Assembly (NCBI GenBank): GCA_965197905.1
Contig: CBDAOB010000004.1
Coordinates: forward strand, 896,001-960,000
DNA: 64,000 nt
Origin: Candidatus Latescibacterota bacterium
Lineage (GTDB): Bacteria > Latescibacterota > UBA2968 > UBA8231
Direction of reading: 5' to 3'
A program made the position numbers and the translations under genes. How positions within the stretch are numbered: position 1 is the first letter of the stretch; each line of letters begins with the position of its first letter. Shown piece after piece: positions 30,342 through 41,406 of this stretch. Below the pieces are notes generated by a model. That model was not told the DNA's origin, ran no database searches, and saw nothing but the letters and a program-made list of their open reading frames with translations.

Positions 30342-31571
30342 ATGAAACATCTATTCATTGATGATCACGAGTTGGAAGCGATCGAGAATCTGGCGCGCAA
30401 GCTTCATCAGCCGCAGAAACCTGGCAACCGCTTTCCCGACTATACGATCGGGGAGATCCTCGGTACGCAATCGTTCCGCGCCATCCGCGATCTCGACGGG
30501 GTGTTTCCGGGGCGCGATGAAGACAACGACGGTTGGCCCGACACCAACCATAATCACAACCGTACACCTGACTACGACGAGCCGTTTTTGATGTACGGAG
30601 TGGAGCCCGACGAATACGTCTACGGCTTGGACCGCAACAACAACGACGCGCTGGATGAGCGCGAGGACGACATGGACTTCGACTATCCCTATGATCACGA
30701 CCAGCGCGGGTATCACCTTTTCGGACGGTTGGATCTGCGCCGTTACTGGTCGTTGGGGGCGGGACATTACGCCGTAGACGAGATCGCCGGTGCCGGACGC
30801 AACCACTCGACCTACGCGCTGCTGAGCTATCGCCGGGAGGGGATCGGGCGGCTGAAGAGATTGTGGTTCGAAAATAATCTGCGGCGGGTCAGCGACAACA
30901 TCGCCGACGAGTACATAGGGACAAATATCCTGTCGCGGCAGTCTTATCCGTTTCGCGACGATGTGCTGTTCTACCGCGACAGCTTTGTCGAGGAAACCTA
31001 CTTCGAAGGTCGGTTCAACCCGTGGTCGACGTTGAACGTAGTGCAGAAGTTGCGGTTGCGGTTCAACTGGCAGCAGGGCGGTCAGCTCCGCAATGGGTTC
31101 TACCAGCGGCCGCGGCGTCTGGATTTCTGGACCTGGGCGAGCCGCACGGACTATACGTGGCACTGGGGCCGCTGCGAGCTGCGGCCGCAATTCAAGTTTC
31201 TCATTCTGAGTCTGGAGGATCGGGCGGACGAACTTACGCTACGCTCGGAGTACCGCGTGATCCCGATTCTGCTTGTGAAATATCCGCTACTGCGGCGGAC
31301 GACGTTGCAAGTCGGCGTTCAGGGCTTGGGCCCGGCACCGTACCAGGTGATGGTGCGCACGAACGAGAGCAGCAGCTTCAAGCAGCGCACGGCGTTCGTC
31401 ACATTGACCAACCGCTCGCGCTATTTCGGCTACGACCTCCACACCATCGTTGGAATCAAGCGCGATCGCCAGGAGTTCGACAATGTGTTCCAGCGCAACC
31501 GAAATCGCAACGAGTTGACCGGGTTCGTGAGGGCGATGATTGGCTTTACGGAATACGGGCGACTGTATTGA
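30342..31571 (+). CDS. Chimeric ORF: ~26-aa N-terminus of the propeller family fused to the C-terminal part of an unrelated large acidic/beta-barrel-like protein
   Basis: MKHLFIDDHELEAIENLARKLHQPQK resembles RQLFLDD..GLRRSMHQAVK (44354 gene) and LELFVDD..LHYP (49749 gene). The rest (DEDNDGWPD..DRNNND..DYPYD) is unrelated to that family. Confidence 0.6.
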   Translation: MKHLFIDDHELEAIENLARKLHQPQKPGNRFPDYTIGEILGTQSFRAIRDLDGVFPGRDEDNDGWPDTNHNHNRTPDYDEPFLMYGVEPDEYVYGLDRNNNDALDEREDDMDFDYPYDHDQRGYHLFGRLDLRRYWSLGAGHYAVDEIAGAGRNHSTYALLSYRREGIGRLKRLWFENNLRRVSDNIADEYIGTNILSRQSYPFRDDVLFYRDSFVEETYFEGRFNPWSTLNVVQKLRLRFNWQQGGQLRNGFYQRPRRLDFWTWASRTDYTWHWGRCELRPQFKFLILSLEDRADELTLRSEYRVIPILLVKYPLLRRTTLQVGVQGLGPAPYQVMVRTNESSSFKQRTAFVTLTNRSRYFGYDLHTIVGIKRDRQEFDNVFQRNRNRNELTGFVRAMIGFTEYGRLY

Positions 31572-31692
31572 ATTTCACGCCTCGAAAACTGAATACTGCA
31601 GCAGGCGCATCCTATACTCTGGAGCGGCGTTCTAGGCAGCACAGACTTTTTGGAAACGTGTGATGGTGAAGAACGTGAGCCACATTGAAATA

Positions 31693-31725
31693 AGAAACCG
31701 AGCTGTTCGGAAAACCTCGGTTTCT
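31693..31725. repeat. REP-like palindrome AGAAACCGAG-N13-CTCGGTTTCT
   Basis: Perfect 10-bp inverted repeat in an intergenic region. Confidence 0.6.
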
Positions 31726-31753
31726 GTGGTATCATCAGGAAGGGAGAAACTTA

Positions 31754-32125
31754 ATGACTGAAGCGCAGAAAGAACTCATGGAAACGCTGACATCGGAACT
31801 AGAGCGCGGCACCCTGACAGCAGACAGGTTACGCCAAGGAATCAGGGATATCGTGGGGGAAAACGGTCATCAACAGCAGGATGTCCTCTATCTACAGGCA
31901 AGCAATACTTCACCCGGATCCACGGTGGTCGGCATGCTGCAGATCGAGGACGGGGAGCTCTCCGAGGGGCCGCCTGATCCGGATGACTGGCCCTATAAAA
32001 CAGTGCTGGACGCTGTCCGGGATGGCTGGAGGATCATCTCTTTCCCCAATATGGCGCTACTTGCTGTGGACGAAAAGGAGTTTTATGGCCTCGGTTTTGA
32101 ATTCATTCTGGAACGCTGGAGGTAA
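31754..32125 (+). CDS. Conserved hypothetical protein
   Basis: GGAG RBS; motif PYKTVLDAVRDGWRIISFP..EFILE. A diverged partial copy exists at 61392-61518. Confidence 0.75.
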   Translation: MTEAQKELMETLTSELERGTLTADRLRQGIRDIVGENGHQQQDVLYLQASNTSPGSTVVGMLQIEDGELSEGPPDPDDWPYKTVLDAVRDGWRIISFPNMALLAVDEKEFYGLGFEFILERWR

Positions 32126-32128
32126 ACT

Positions 32129-32992
32129 ATGCGAATATCAGAACAGAAAACCTACGACTGCGAACCAACCATGACCGACAGCCAAGTGCTGGAATTTTGC
32201 AAAAACGGGTATCTGATGCTTGAGGGCATCGTTCCCGATGAAGTTAATCGCACGACGATGGAATACTGCAACGAACATTCCGATGTGGAGCCCAACGGCA
32301 TCCTGCTGGAAGACTGGTTCGTCGAGAACGTGATCGTCAACCCGGCGGCCTCCGGTGCCGTGCGTTCGCTCTTAGGGGCTGATTTCCACCTGCCTGTACT
32401 GATGAGCAATCATCGTGTGCAATGTCCGATTCCGGCTATCGGCGGTTGGCATGTGGACGGCAACTATCACTACACGCACGAACTCAATTTTCTGCAAGTT
32501 TTCTACTATCCCCAAGATACGCCCATTGAAATGGGGCCGACGCAGATTGTGCCAGGCTCACATCTCGTGCGCAACAAACACAGATTCATGGCACATCTGG
32601 GGAGCATCCGGGATGCAAAGCCCACAACTGCGCCCGCCGGCTCGATCGTTCTCACCATCTATCATATCTGGCACCGTCGGGGCCCCTCAACGGCAACGGG
32701 CACCCGCAATATGCTCAAGTATTTCTACTGGCGCACCACGCCGCCGAAGCGGGACTGGGTGGTTGAGCCGGGTTTCGATTTTGCCACGGCCCAATACGCC
32801 GGTCCCGCCTTTGGCTATGTAGAGAAGTTCCGCGACGCAATCAAAGTAACGGAGATGTTCTTGTGGCTCTGTGGACGCCACAAGTCGTTCCAAAATCTGG
32901 GCGGGCAAAGCTGGCCCCTGCCTGCGGATCGCACTGACCTCCCTTATGGTTTCCCCCCAGGGTTGCCCCAGCCCGGATCTGTTGAGTTGTAG
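32129..32992 (+). CDS. PhyH-family dioxygenase
   Basis: FCKNGYLMLEG, WHVD, YYPQDT, VPGSH and IWH motifs. Confidence 0.9.
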   Translation: MRISEQKTYDCEPTMTDSQVLEFCKNGYLMLEGIVPDEVNRTTMEYCNEHSDVEPNGILLEDWFVENVIVNPAASGAVRSLLGADFHLPVLMSNHRVQCPIPAIGGWHVDGNYHYTHELNFLQVFYYPQDTPIEMGPTQIVPGSHLVRNKHRFMAHLGSIRDAKPTTAPAGSIVLTIYHIWHRRGPSTATGTRNMLKYFYWRTTPPKRDWVVEPGFDFATAQYAGPAFGYVEKFRDAIKVTEMFLWLCGRHKSFQNLGGQSWPLPADRTDLPYGFPPGLPQPGSVEL

Positions 32993-33035
32993 GATCACTC
33001 AAACTCTCCCCTTAACAGGGTTAGGAGCTGAACAG

Positions 33036-33101
33036 ATGACAAATAAGAAACTACGTGCAGGTGTGATTGGCTGTGGCTTGGGTGCCTATCATGGGTACGC
33101 C
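33036..33101 (+). pseudogene. N-terminal stump of a Gfo/Idh/MocA oxidoreductase
   Basis: AGGAG RBS; MTNKKLRAGVIGCGLGAYHGYA, then unrelated sequence to a stop at 33185. Confidence 0.75.
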
Positions 33102-33309
33102 AACGCCTCTTTCACGCCGTCTCCCGCAACACCTCAGTTGGTAGATGTCGCCGACAGGGCACCGTGGAATAACCTGCGCACGTGAAACAGGGAAACCCTT
33201 GCGCTCAAGTTGGCAGAAGGAGCGCGCTTGGCCTCTCGCGAGCTGTGGTAAAACGGACTGGTAGTTAACGGAGGGCGCCAATACTCTTATCCTGGACCTG
33301 GAGGTCAAA

Positions 33310-34197
33310 ATGGCAAGTCACATACTCGTCGGCATCGTGACCATGGAGGCGACCCCATGGCAATTGGAGGAGAACTTCGAACGCATGGAAGCGTACGTGC
33401 GCGAGGCGGCGCGGCGACGGGCGCACCTGGTCATCGCGCCCGAGTCGGTGCTCGACGGGTATGTCTGCGGCGCCGACCCCGAGGTCAGCCGTGAACGCAT
33501 GGTGCAGATCGCCCAGACTGTTCCCGACGGTCCCTACCTGATCCGCGGCGGAGAACTGAGTCGCGAGCTGGGCATCTACCTGATTTTCGGGTTTCTCGAG
33601 CTGGACGGCGAGGATCTGTACAATACCTGTGCAATGTTCGATCCTAAAGGTGATATCATTGCTAAACACAGCAAGGTACACTCCGGTGGCGAGGCGTTTA
33701 TCACCCCGGGTCGCGAGCTCAAGCCTTTCGATACTGCCGTGGGGCGCATCGGATTTCTGATCTGCAAGGACCGCGAGGTGCAGGACAACTTCAATATGCA
33801 TGGCGTGCAGGATGTAGATGCGGTCATCATACCCATGGACGGTTCGGGCGGCAAGAACAACACGCGGAAGCTGATCCAGCGCGCCCAGGACAACTGCTGC
33901 TGGATCGTCGTAGCCAATACCTGGAGCGCCGTGATGATCGACCCCAGCGGCGACGTGATCCTGGAGAAGTACGAGTCGGAATGTGTCAGCGTGCAACGTG
34001 CCGACTTCAAAAGCGCCCCCAGAGGACCGGGCCGAACCCGCTTCAGCGAACGACGATATGATCTCTACGGCCCCCTCATGGGTTCGAACGAGGCGGATAA
34101 GTACTACGATGAGCGTGGGCGCACCACGGATTTCGCCGAGCAGTTCGGTAAAGAACACCGGGAGAGTCTACTGAAAAAGTTGAATCGTGAAGATTAG
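33310..34197 (+). CDS. Carbon-nitrogen hydrolase (nitrilase superfamily)
   Basis: Glu-Lys-Cys triad in APES, HSKVH and LICKD; GGAGG RBS. Confidence 0.9.
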   Translation: MASHILVGIVTMEATPWQLEENFERMEAYVREAARRRAHLVIAPESVLDGYVCGADPEVSRERMVQIAQTVPDGPYLIRGGELSRELGIYLIFGFLELDGEDLYNTCAMFDPKGDIIAKHSKVHSGGEAFITPGRELKPFDTAVGRIGFLICKDREVQDNFNMHGVQDVDAVIIPMDGSGGKNNTRKLIQRAQDNCCWIVVANTWSAVMIDPSGDVILEKYESECVSVQRADFKSAPRGPGRTRFSERRYDLYGPLMGSNEADKYYDERGRTTDFAEQFGKEHRESLLKKLNRED

Positions 34198-34319
34198 CCA
34201 TTGAAAGTCGCAAAGCTTTTGTATCACCCAGTCGTATATTGTCTGAGTTGCCGTATGGACTTGAGGTCACCATATCGCGGATCGGCTCAAAACTTCTCTG
34301 ACACTCTGGCATTCTATAT

Positions 34320-35080
<761 letters not shown>

Positions 35081-35156
35081 TCTCCTTCAATACAGGGTTT
35101 AAGGTCTGAGGTTCAGGTCGAGTTCAACGCAAACACGCCCTAGTAGGCGGTCCAGG

Positions 35157-35216
35157 AAGGGTAGGGCGAATAGTTGGTATTATCGCCATTAGCGGCAAGG
35201 TAGGCGAGTTTGTGGC
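35157..35216 (-). repeat. Junction motif, subfamily B copy
   Basis: 51/60 identical (manual count) to 53723-53782, in inverted orientation. Confidence 0.9.
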
Positions 35217-35477
35217 TTTTGTTGGGTCGTTTGGCGGGCGTGGCGGCCGGCGACCGGGGAAAAGCGCCGAAGCGGCGCGGATTCTTGCGGCACTGTAGCG
35301 CGATTCTCTCGCCTCGCCTTAACTGCATCCTGTACGCAGCTAGTCATCTCCTCTCCTTGCTGGCACTCCCTCTGTGGGTTCTATATCATTTGCCAGATGG
35401 GTACGCGACCTCCCTTACAGGGTCCCACGACGACCCTGTAGGTTCTTGGAGCGCCGCAATCAGAACGACGACATTCC

Positions 35478-35855
35478 ATGACCAAACTGTTCAACGGCAA
35501 ACGCGCCGCGTCGCTGATGGAAGCGCGCGGCATCGACATCCTGGTCGGTTCCGGGTACGTCAACTTCGGCTACCTCGCCGGCTACTTTACCCATTTCGGG
35601 CGCGACTACCCTGGCCCGCTGGTGAACGGCGCGCCGCTGGTGCGGTTTGCTGGTGTTCCCAAAGATCCGAATCTGAGCCCGTTCCTGATCACCTATCCGG
35701 GTGAAGAAGGGGATATCGTCGCTCAGGGCAGCTGGATCGACGAGCGGACCCGTCGTCACGATCTCGGACACTTCTCGGCCGAGATTCCGCTGCTGGTGAC
35801 TGGAAGCGGATGCGAGCTGTTGTCTGAGTTGCCGTATGGACTTGCGGTCGTATGA
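35478..35855 (+). pseudogene. N-terminal fragment of an M24 Xaa-Pro peptidase (creatinase N-like domain)
   Basis: RAASLMEARGIDILVGSGYVNFGYLAGY; no catalytic domain follows. Confidence 0.65.
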
Positions 35856-35909
35856 GTGCGGTGAATGCGGCGGTGCGTCCTCGCCTCGAGCGCATGGTGG
35901 AGAGGAGAT

Positions 35910-37019
35910 ATGTTTTCGATACTGGATGAAGGAGCGCTGTCGCACAATCCGGCGACGGGTTCGTTTATTCCCACTGTTACGCCGTTGAATGACGGCACGT
36001 TCATCGCCGCTCAGCAGGTGGGCGCGGAATTGGGGTCGAGGGACCACCGCATCGAGATTCTGCGCTCCAGTAACGGCCGGGATTGGACCAGCGGGGGTAT
36101 GATGGACACGCGCGATGAAGCGCGCTCGTGGAGCTATCACAGTGCCCAGGTCTACCAGGTGGCGGACGGTCGATTCCTGCTCCGGGCCAGTCGGTTTTGG
36201 CGCCACGACAACCCGCGCCAGTTCGAGAAGCCCGAACCCGGCTTGCCCAGACCCGGCCCGGTCATTTTCTGGTCGGAGGACCGGGGCGAGTCCTGGTCAG
36301 AACCGCAATATGTGGAGGTGCCACTGCCCATCGATGCGTACACCCATCACGTGATGGGAAACCTCATCCAGTTGTCGGCGGACCGGTGGTTGTTTCCAAT
36401 CCAACTCAACAGCCCGAAAGGTCATTACAGCGGACCGAACCACCACGGAGCCGCCCTCTTGTTTTCGGCTGACGGCGGCAAGTCATTCGGCGAATTCACG
36501 ATACTCGCCCAGGACCCGGATGGCGTCGTCGAGTATCACGATCAGTTCGGTGTGCACCGGAAGGATGGCAGTCTTTACACCATGCTCTGGACGGTCCACA
36601 CAGACGCCAACGCCGACCTCAACAACCACTGGGTTATTTCGAACGACGGCGGTCGGACCTGGTCAAAACCGCAGCCGACGAACCTGCGCGGACAGGTATG
36701 TGCGCCGATCCGGTTGAGCGACGGTCGAATCGCCGCGGTCTACAACTACCGGCACAAGCCGCAAGGCATCCATCTGGCTCTCGGTCGCGATGAGGCCACC
36801 TACGACACGGACCATGAAATTGCTATTTTCCGTGCTGGAAAGGAAACCGCGGTGGGTAAGGCGAAGGACGACCACTTTCTATCCAAAAACGAGAAGATCG
36901 CCTTTGGCCGTCCCAACGGCGTCTGTCTGACGGACGGCACGATCCTGATCTGGTACTGGTGCACCATCAAAGGGGTCACGCATACCCGGTGGGCCCGGGT
37001 TGCAACAACACCCCCGTAA
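35910..37019 (+). CDS. Sialidase-like (BNR/Asp-box) protein
   Basis: GAGGAG RBS; SSNGRDW, SEDRGESW, SADGGKSF and SNDGGRTW boxes. Confidence 0.8.
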   Translation: MFSILDEGALSHNPATGSFIPTVTPLNDGTFIAAQQVGAELGSRDHRIEILRSSNGRDWTSGGMMDTRDEARSWSYHSAQVYQVADGRFLLRASRFWRHDNPRQFEKPEPGLPRPGPVIFWSEDRGESWSEPQYVEVPLPIDAYTHHVMGNLIQLSADRWLFPIQLNSPKGHYSGPNHHGAALLFSADGGKSFGEFTILAQDPDGVVEYHDQFGVHRKDGSLYTMLWTVHTDANADLNNHWVISNDGGRTWSKPQPTNLRGQVCAPIRLSDGRIAAVYNYRHKPQGIHLALGRDEATYDTDHEIAIFRAGKETAVGKAKDDHFLSKNEKIAFGRPNGVCLTDGTILIWYWCTIKGVTHTRWARVATTPP

Positions 37020-37105
37020 CCTTCAGGGGGCGAGCCGAGTCTTTGAAAGTGCTCCTCGGGGACAGCGACACTGTCTTCACGCCCTCGGTAGGACTGGCGT
37101 CGTTC

Positions 37106-37168
37106 TCACGTGGTCCAGAACGTGTACAGGTCGGTCTTGCGCAGGTAGAACCGCAGCCGCACGGTCTG
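37106..37168 (-). pseudogene. C-terminal stump of a GH32-like propeller-family gene
   Basis: QTVRLRFYLRKTDLYTFWTT* resembles KPVRLRFVMKDANLYSLRFR* and TAVQLRFALRDASLYSFWFE in this window. Confidence 0.7.
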
Positions 37169-37199
37169 GCGATGCTGTCCGCAAGGAAAGGAGTTTTCT

Positions 37200-38153
37200 A
37201 TGTCTGAATCAACTTACCGCAAAGCTCCGTTGGGCTTTACGAAAGAACAATGGGAGGAGTTTGATCGAGAAGGCTTACTGATCATCGAAGACGCTCTGAC
37301 ACAAGACGAGATTGATTATTACTTGAATGCAATTGATGAACTTATCGCCTCAGACTCGAACTACGAAGAAGGAGAATTCTATGGTCCGGACAATTTGGTG
37401 ACAAAAGATCCCGTCTTCGCGGAGTTAATCGATCACCCCCGCCATGTCGGTTATGCCTGCGACATCTACGGAGAATTGCTCAAGCTGCACGTCTCTCAGG
37501 CCTTTATTCGTCCACACTGCCCTTCACCCCACGTATGGCATCCAGATGGGGCCCGCGCTTTGCCTTACGGCGTGTTTTCGCCCAGACTACCGCTGCAAAT
37601 CAAGATTGGTTACTGGCTTACCGATCTGCCACGTCCAAAGATGGGGAATTTTGTGTGTATGCCGGGCAGTCATCGCCGTCAGTATTTTGAAGAGTTTGCA
37701 AAACATACAAGCATGCCGGGTGAGAAGATTCTCTGCTGCCCTAAAGGAACGATGACAATCATGCACTGCGGGCTCTGGCATCGCGTTGACCCCAATGAGA
37801 GCGATGTGGCGCGAAAGAATATCTTCATCGCTTATTGTCCGTCTTGGCTCTGCGAGGCGGACCGACTTGAGTGCGATCCGGATTGGTTGAAAACATTAAA
37901 CCGGGAACAGCGCATTATCATGCGCAGCTACACTCACGGCTATGCTCGCTCCAAGCCGCCCAAGGAGGATTTTCCCCTGTTTTTGGATCGAAATACTGGA
38001 CTGGCTTCGGATCCGAGATATTCCGACGATGTTCCGCCTAATTGGCGGAAGCGAAGAGTCGCGGTTGAACAGTGGGATATTGACCTCGGGCCGCCGGTAC
38101 TTAAACGGCGCCCAGATACGAGGGCAGAAGGTCCGTGCCGCCGTCGACGGTAA
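37200..38153 (+). CDS. PhyH-family dioxygenase
   Basis: AAGGAG RBS; FDREG, WHPD, MPGSH and LWH motifs; paralog of 18561-19459. Confidence 0.9.
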   Translation: MSESTYRKAPLGFTKEQWEEFDREGLLIIEDALTQDEIDYYLNAIDELIASDSNYEEGEFYGPDNLVTKDPVFAELIDHPRHVGYACDIYGELLKLHVSQAFIRPHCPSPHVWHPDGARALPYGVFSPRLPLQIKIGYWLTDLPRPKMGNFVCMPGSHRRQYFEEFAKHTSMPGEKILCCPKGTMTIMHCGLWHRVDPNESDVARKNIFIAYCPSWLCEADRLECDPDWLKTLNREQRIIMRSYTHGYARSKPPKEDFPLFLDRNTGLASDPRYSDDVPPNWRKRRVAVEQWDIDLGPPVLKRRPDTRAEGPCRRRR

Positions 38154-38925
38154 TCACCTGACCCGTGACAAAGTCCGACAGGTCGGTGGCCAGAAATTCG
38201 ACGACCTTGGCGCAGTCCTCAGTCTTCGCGATCCGCCCCATCGGAACATGTGTAACCAGCTCGTCTTGAATCCGGCCCAACAATCTCATCCAATTCGCCG
38301 TGCGGACATAACCTGGCGCGATGGAATTGACATTGACGCCGTAGGGTGCCAGCTCCAGCGCCAGCGAGCGCGTCAGCGCCATAACCCCGGCCTTGGCCGC
38401 GCCATACGGCGCCAACCACGGCATCAACGGGCGCAGCGCGGCGATCGATGCGACGTTGATGATCTTGCCCCGGCGGCGCTCCCGCATCTGCGGCGCAAAG
38501 GCACGACAGCACAAAAACGTCGATCGCAGGTTTTTGGCCATTACCGCTTCCCAGGCTTCGGTTGAGCATTCCGTCGCACTCTCGCCGCCGGCGCCTCCAC
38601 AGATGTTGTTGACCAGGATATCTACCTGCGGAAAGGTGGAACGGATCTCTTCCAGCATCTTCTGCACGGCCTGCTCAGACGTCACATCAGCTTCGATGTC
38701 CAGGCTGCGGCGACCCAATTGTCGGATCTCATCCGCGACCGTGGCCGCGGTCAACGGCTCCTCGACATCGGCAGCGGAACCGAGATCGATGTCGTTGACC
38801 ACGACGTCAGCGCCTAATTTCGCCAAACGGAGGGCGTAGGCTCTTCCCAACCCCCGCGCCGCTCCAGTAACCACCGCGACCTGACCTTCTAAACGAGGGG
38901 GAAAATACTCCGATGGCTCTTGCAT
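38101..38925 (-). CDS. SDR family oxidoreductase
   Basis: TGAARGLG, YGAAK, VNSIAPG and VDGG motifs. Confidence 0.9.
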   Translation of the reverse strand: MQEPSEYFPPRLEGQVAVVTGAARGLGRAYALRLAKLGADVVVNDIDLGSAADVEEPLTAATVADEIRQLGRRSLDIEADVTSEQAVQKMLEEIRSTFPQVDILVNNICGGAGGESATECSTEAWEAVMAKNLRSTFLCCRAFAPQMRERRRGKIINVASIAALRPLMPWLAPYGAAKAGVMALTRSLALELAPYGVNVNSIAPGYVRTANWMRLLGRIQDELVTHVPMGRIAKTEDCAKVVEFLATDLSDFVTGQVITVDGGTDLLPSYLGAV

Positions 38926-39131
38926 TGATCCTCCTTTGCAGACTGCCCTTTTTCCGGCGCGAAAACGTGCCCATGCGCCGGCGGCGACGTAATCGTCCAG
39001 CGGTCTCGTTTTTGTTTATAATCGATTGAGGAACTTACGGAGAAATACTCGAACACCCAAAGAACGATAGTCTGGCAAGACCGCTCGATATTGATGTTTC
39101 GTCCCAAAACCGCCCAACAGGAGAGTTAAGA

Positions 39132-40217
39132 TTGGAGTTTAGCATAGACACAATCCGCAAGCAGGACCCCTGGTATCGAAATCCAGCAGAGGCGATACGC
39201 GTATCCACCTGGACCGAGGTGCCCCGCGGGAAGCTGACCCATTACGAACACCCCGTTGTTGGCGATGATGCGTTGACGCGGGAACGTAGTCTGCCGGTCA
39301 GCGTGGTAGCCGGCATTGAGGACGGACCGGTTCTGCTGTTGATCGCCGGCGAGCATGGCAACGAATACGAATCCATTATCGCCCTGCAGGAAACTATCAG
39401 GGAGCTCAACCCCGCCGATCTCAAGGGCAAAGTGGTGGGGGTGAATTGTTGCTCGGTCGACAGCTATCTTCACCGAATTCGCGAGGGCAAAACCGATGGG
39501 CAGAATCTCGCGCGCGTCTATCCCGGCAGGATCGATGGCACGCTGACAGAGCGCGTTGCCTATACCTTGGAGAACGATTTTCTAGGCCAGCCAGCCCCGC
39601 ACAAGCCCGCGTTGATGGTGGCGTTGCACACGTATGGACCGCACCTCCTGGGAGCGTCCCTCGCAGGCTACAGTATCTATCCGGGTGAGCTCGACCTTAC
39701 GGATCGACAACGGCAAGCCGCTCTGCAGACGGGCATACCGCTGGTGTGGGGTCATGAATTTGATGCCAGCCATTCCACCACCGCGGAGATGGGTCACGAG
39801 GCCAGCGGGCGCACCGCCCTCTACGCCGGTTTTCTAGCCGGAGTGCCGGCGGTTTATTTCGAGACTGCCTGGGGCATGGGTGGTGAGATCGAATATGCCC
39901 GGGGTCTAAGGCGGTTGTTGGTTCACCTGGGAATGGTGGCAGGCGAAAACGAGCCCCTCGAACCGCGCGAGTTTGTCGAGTCTGCTGCCCACCAGGCCTG
40001 GTTGATGGGGTCCCACAATCAATGTCCCGTGGCCGGCTTGTGGCGACCGGCACGAAAAGCCTGGGACCGCGTCAAAGAGGGTGACCTGCTGGGCACGGTG
40101 TTCGATCTACACGGCCAACCCGCGCATGAGTTGCGCGCCAAACAGGACGGCGTGGTGATCTCTTATCCGAGAGTTCAGTACATTGAGGAGGGCCAACACT
40201 GCGGACTGGTGGTGTAA
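39132..40217 (+). CDS. Succinylglutamate desuccinylase/aspartoacylase (M14) family
   Basis: AGEHGNE, NLARVYPG and ALHT motifs; C-terminal biotinyl-like barrel. Confidence 0.85.
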   Translation: MEFSIDTIRKQDPWYRNPAEAIRVSTWTEVPRGKLTHYEHPVVGDDALTRERSLPVSVVAGIEDGPVLLLIAGEHGNEYESIIALQETIRELNPADLKGKVVGVNCCSVDSYLHRIREGKTDGQNLARVYPGRIDGTLTERVAYTLENDFLGQPAPHKPALMVALHTYGPHLLGASLAGYSIYPGELDLTDRQRQAALQTGIPLVWGHEFDASHSTTAEMGHEASGRTALYAGFLAGVPAVYFETAWGMGGEIEYARGLRRLLVHLGMVAGENEPLEPREFVESAAHQAWLMGSHNQCPVAGLWRPARKAWDRVKEGDLLGTVFDLHGQPAHELRAKQDGVVISYPRVQYIEEGQHCGLVV

Positions 40218-40269
40218 TGCGATGCGCTCTGATCGTGGGCTCGCTCACAGCCGAAAGGATTTCGTACCG

Positions 40270-41112
40270 ATGACTTCCTGCGACTGCAAACCAACCCTCA
40301 CCGACACGCAGGTCATCGACTTCTGCCGCAACGGCTACCTGATGCTCGAGGGGGTGGTACCCGACGACGTCAACAGGCAAGCCCGCGAAGCGATGGATGC
40401 GCAGCGCGCGGAGAGCGGCTCGCTCCGCCAGATGGCCCACCTGCTCAAGGAGGACTGGTTCGTCGACGGGGTGATTCGCAACCCCGACGCCACCGGCGCG
40501 ATGCGCTCACTGCTCGGGGCCGACTACCGTGAACCGGATTGGCTGCTCTGGTTCAGGGGAGAGGGACCGGAGCCGGCCGGCCAATGGCACATCGACGGCG
40601 ACTCGAAATGGGGACCCCAGGTGCGGACCTTGAAGTGGTATTATATCCCGGCGGCGGCCACCTCCGAGTCCGGAGCGACGGTTTTCGTACGCGGATCCCA
40701 CCTGGTCTTCAACCAGGTCCGCTCGATGGCCCACTATGACGGGTTGCGGGGCACGTGGAAGGCGGTGGGTCCGGCCGGGTCGATCTACCTGACCCACTTT
40801 TCGATCTGGCATCGCCGCGCCACGTGCACGACGAGGGGCGTGCGCTACATGCTGACCACGTCGGTCAACCGAACCGCACCACCCCAGCGAGACTGGATCC
40901 GGGAAGAGCTGGACATGAACAGCGTCGAGTTCGGCTGCAACGAGCCGCGGTTCGGCGAGCAGCATCGCTATCACAACGACGGCGCCCATATGTATCTGTG
41001 GCTTTGCGGCAAGAGCGACCGCTTCGACCGGCCCAGCGGACCGGGTTGGCCGCATCCACCGATCGAGGGTCATCCCTTTGGCGAGGTGCCGGACTACGTA
41101 ACCGAGGACTAG
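40270..41112 (+). CDS. PhyH-family dioxygenase
   Basis: FCRNGYLMLEG, WHID, RGSH and IWH motifs; paralog of 32129-32992. Confidence 0.88.
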   Translation: MTSCDCKPTLTDTQVIDFCRNGYLMLEGVVPDDVNRQAREAMDAQRAESGSLRQMAHLLKEDWFVDGVIRNPDATGAMRSLLGADYREPDWLLWFRGEGPEPAGQWHIDGDSKWGPQVRTLKWYYIPAAATSESGATVFVRGSHLVFNQVRSMAHYDGLRGTWKAVGPAGSIYLTHFSIWHRRATCTTRGVRYMLTTSVNRTAPPQRDWIREELDMNSVEFGCNEPRFGEQHRYHNDGAHMYLWLCGKSDRFDRPSGPGWPHPPIEGHPFGEVPDYVTED

Positions 41113-41406
41113 AGCCTTATCGACGTTGCCGTCGGCGTTGAACCAGATGCTGTCGACCCACTGGCCAGGATATCACCGCCAACTTCCACGCGGCCGACGC
41201 CCACACGTTCAAGTGGCGTCAGCCGGCTGAGAAACGACCCGGGGGAACGATTTGCGGCGAGGCAATGCGCCAATCGACGACGCGCTCTGGTTGGTGAAAG
41301 GATCGGACCTGAGTTTTAGCGATGTTCGCGAGTGTCTAGCAGAGTCGACCGCGAGGAAACATTAGTGGGAATCAAATCGTTGTTGAGTCGAGGTCGTTCA
41401 GCACAC

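Noticed and set aside
35416..35440. Hairpin TACAGGGTC-N7-GACCCTGTA as a riboswitch or ncRNA
   Set aside because: A single 9-bp stem with no recognisable aptamer features.
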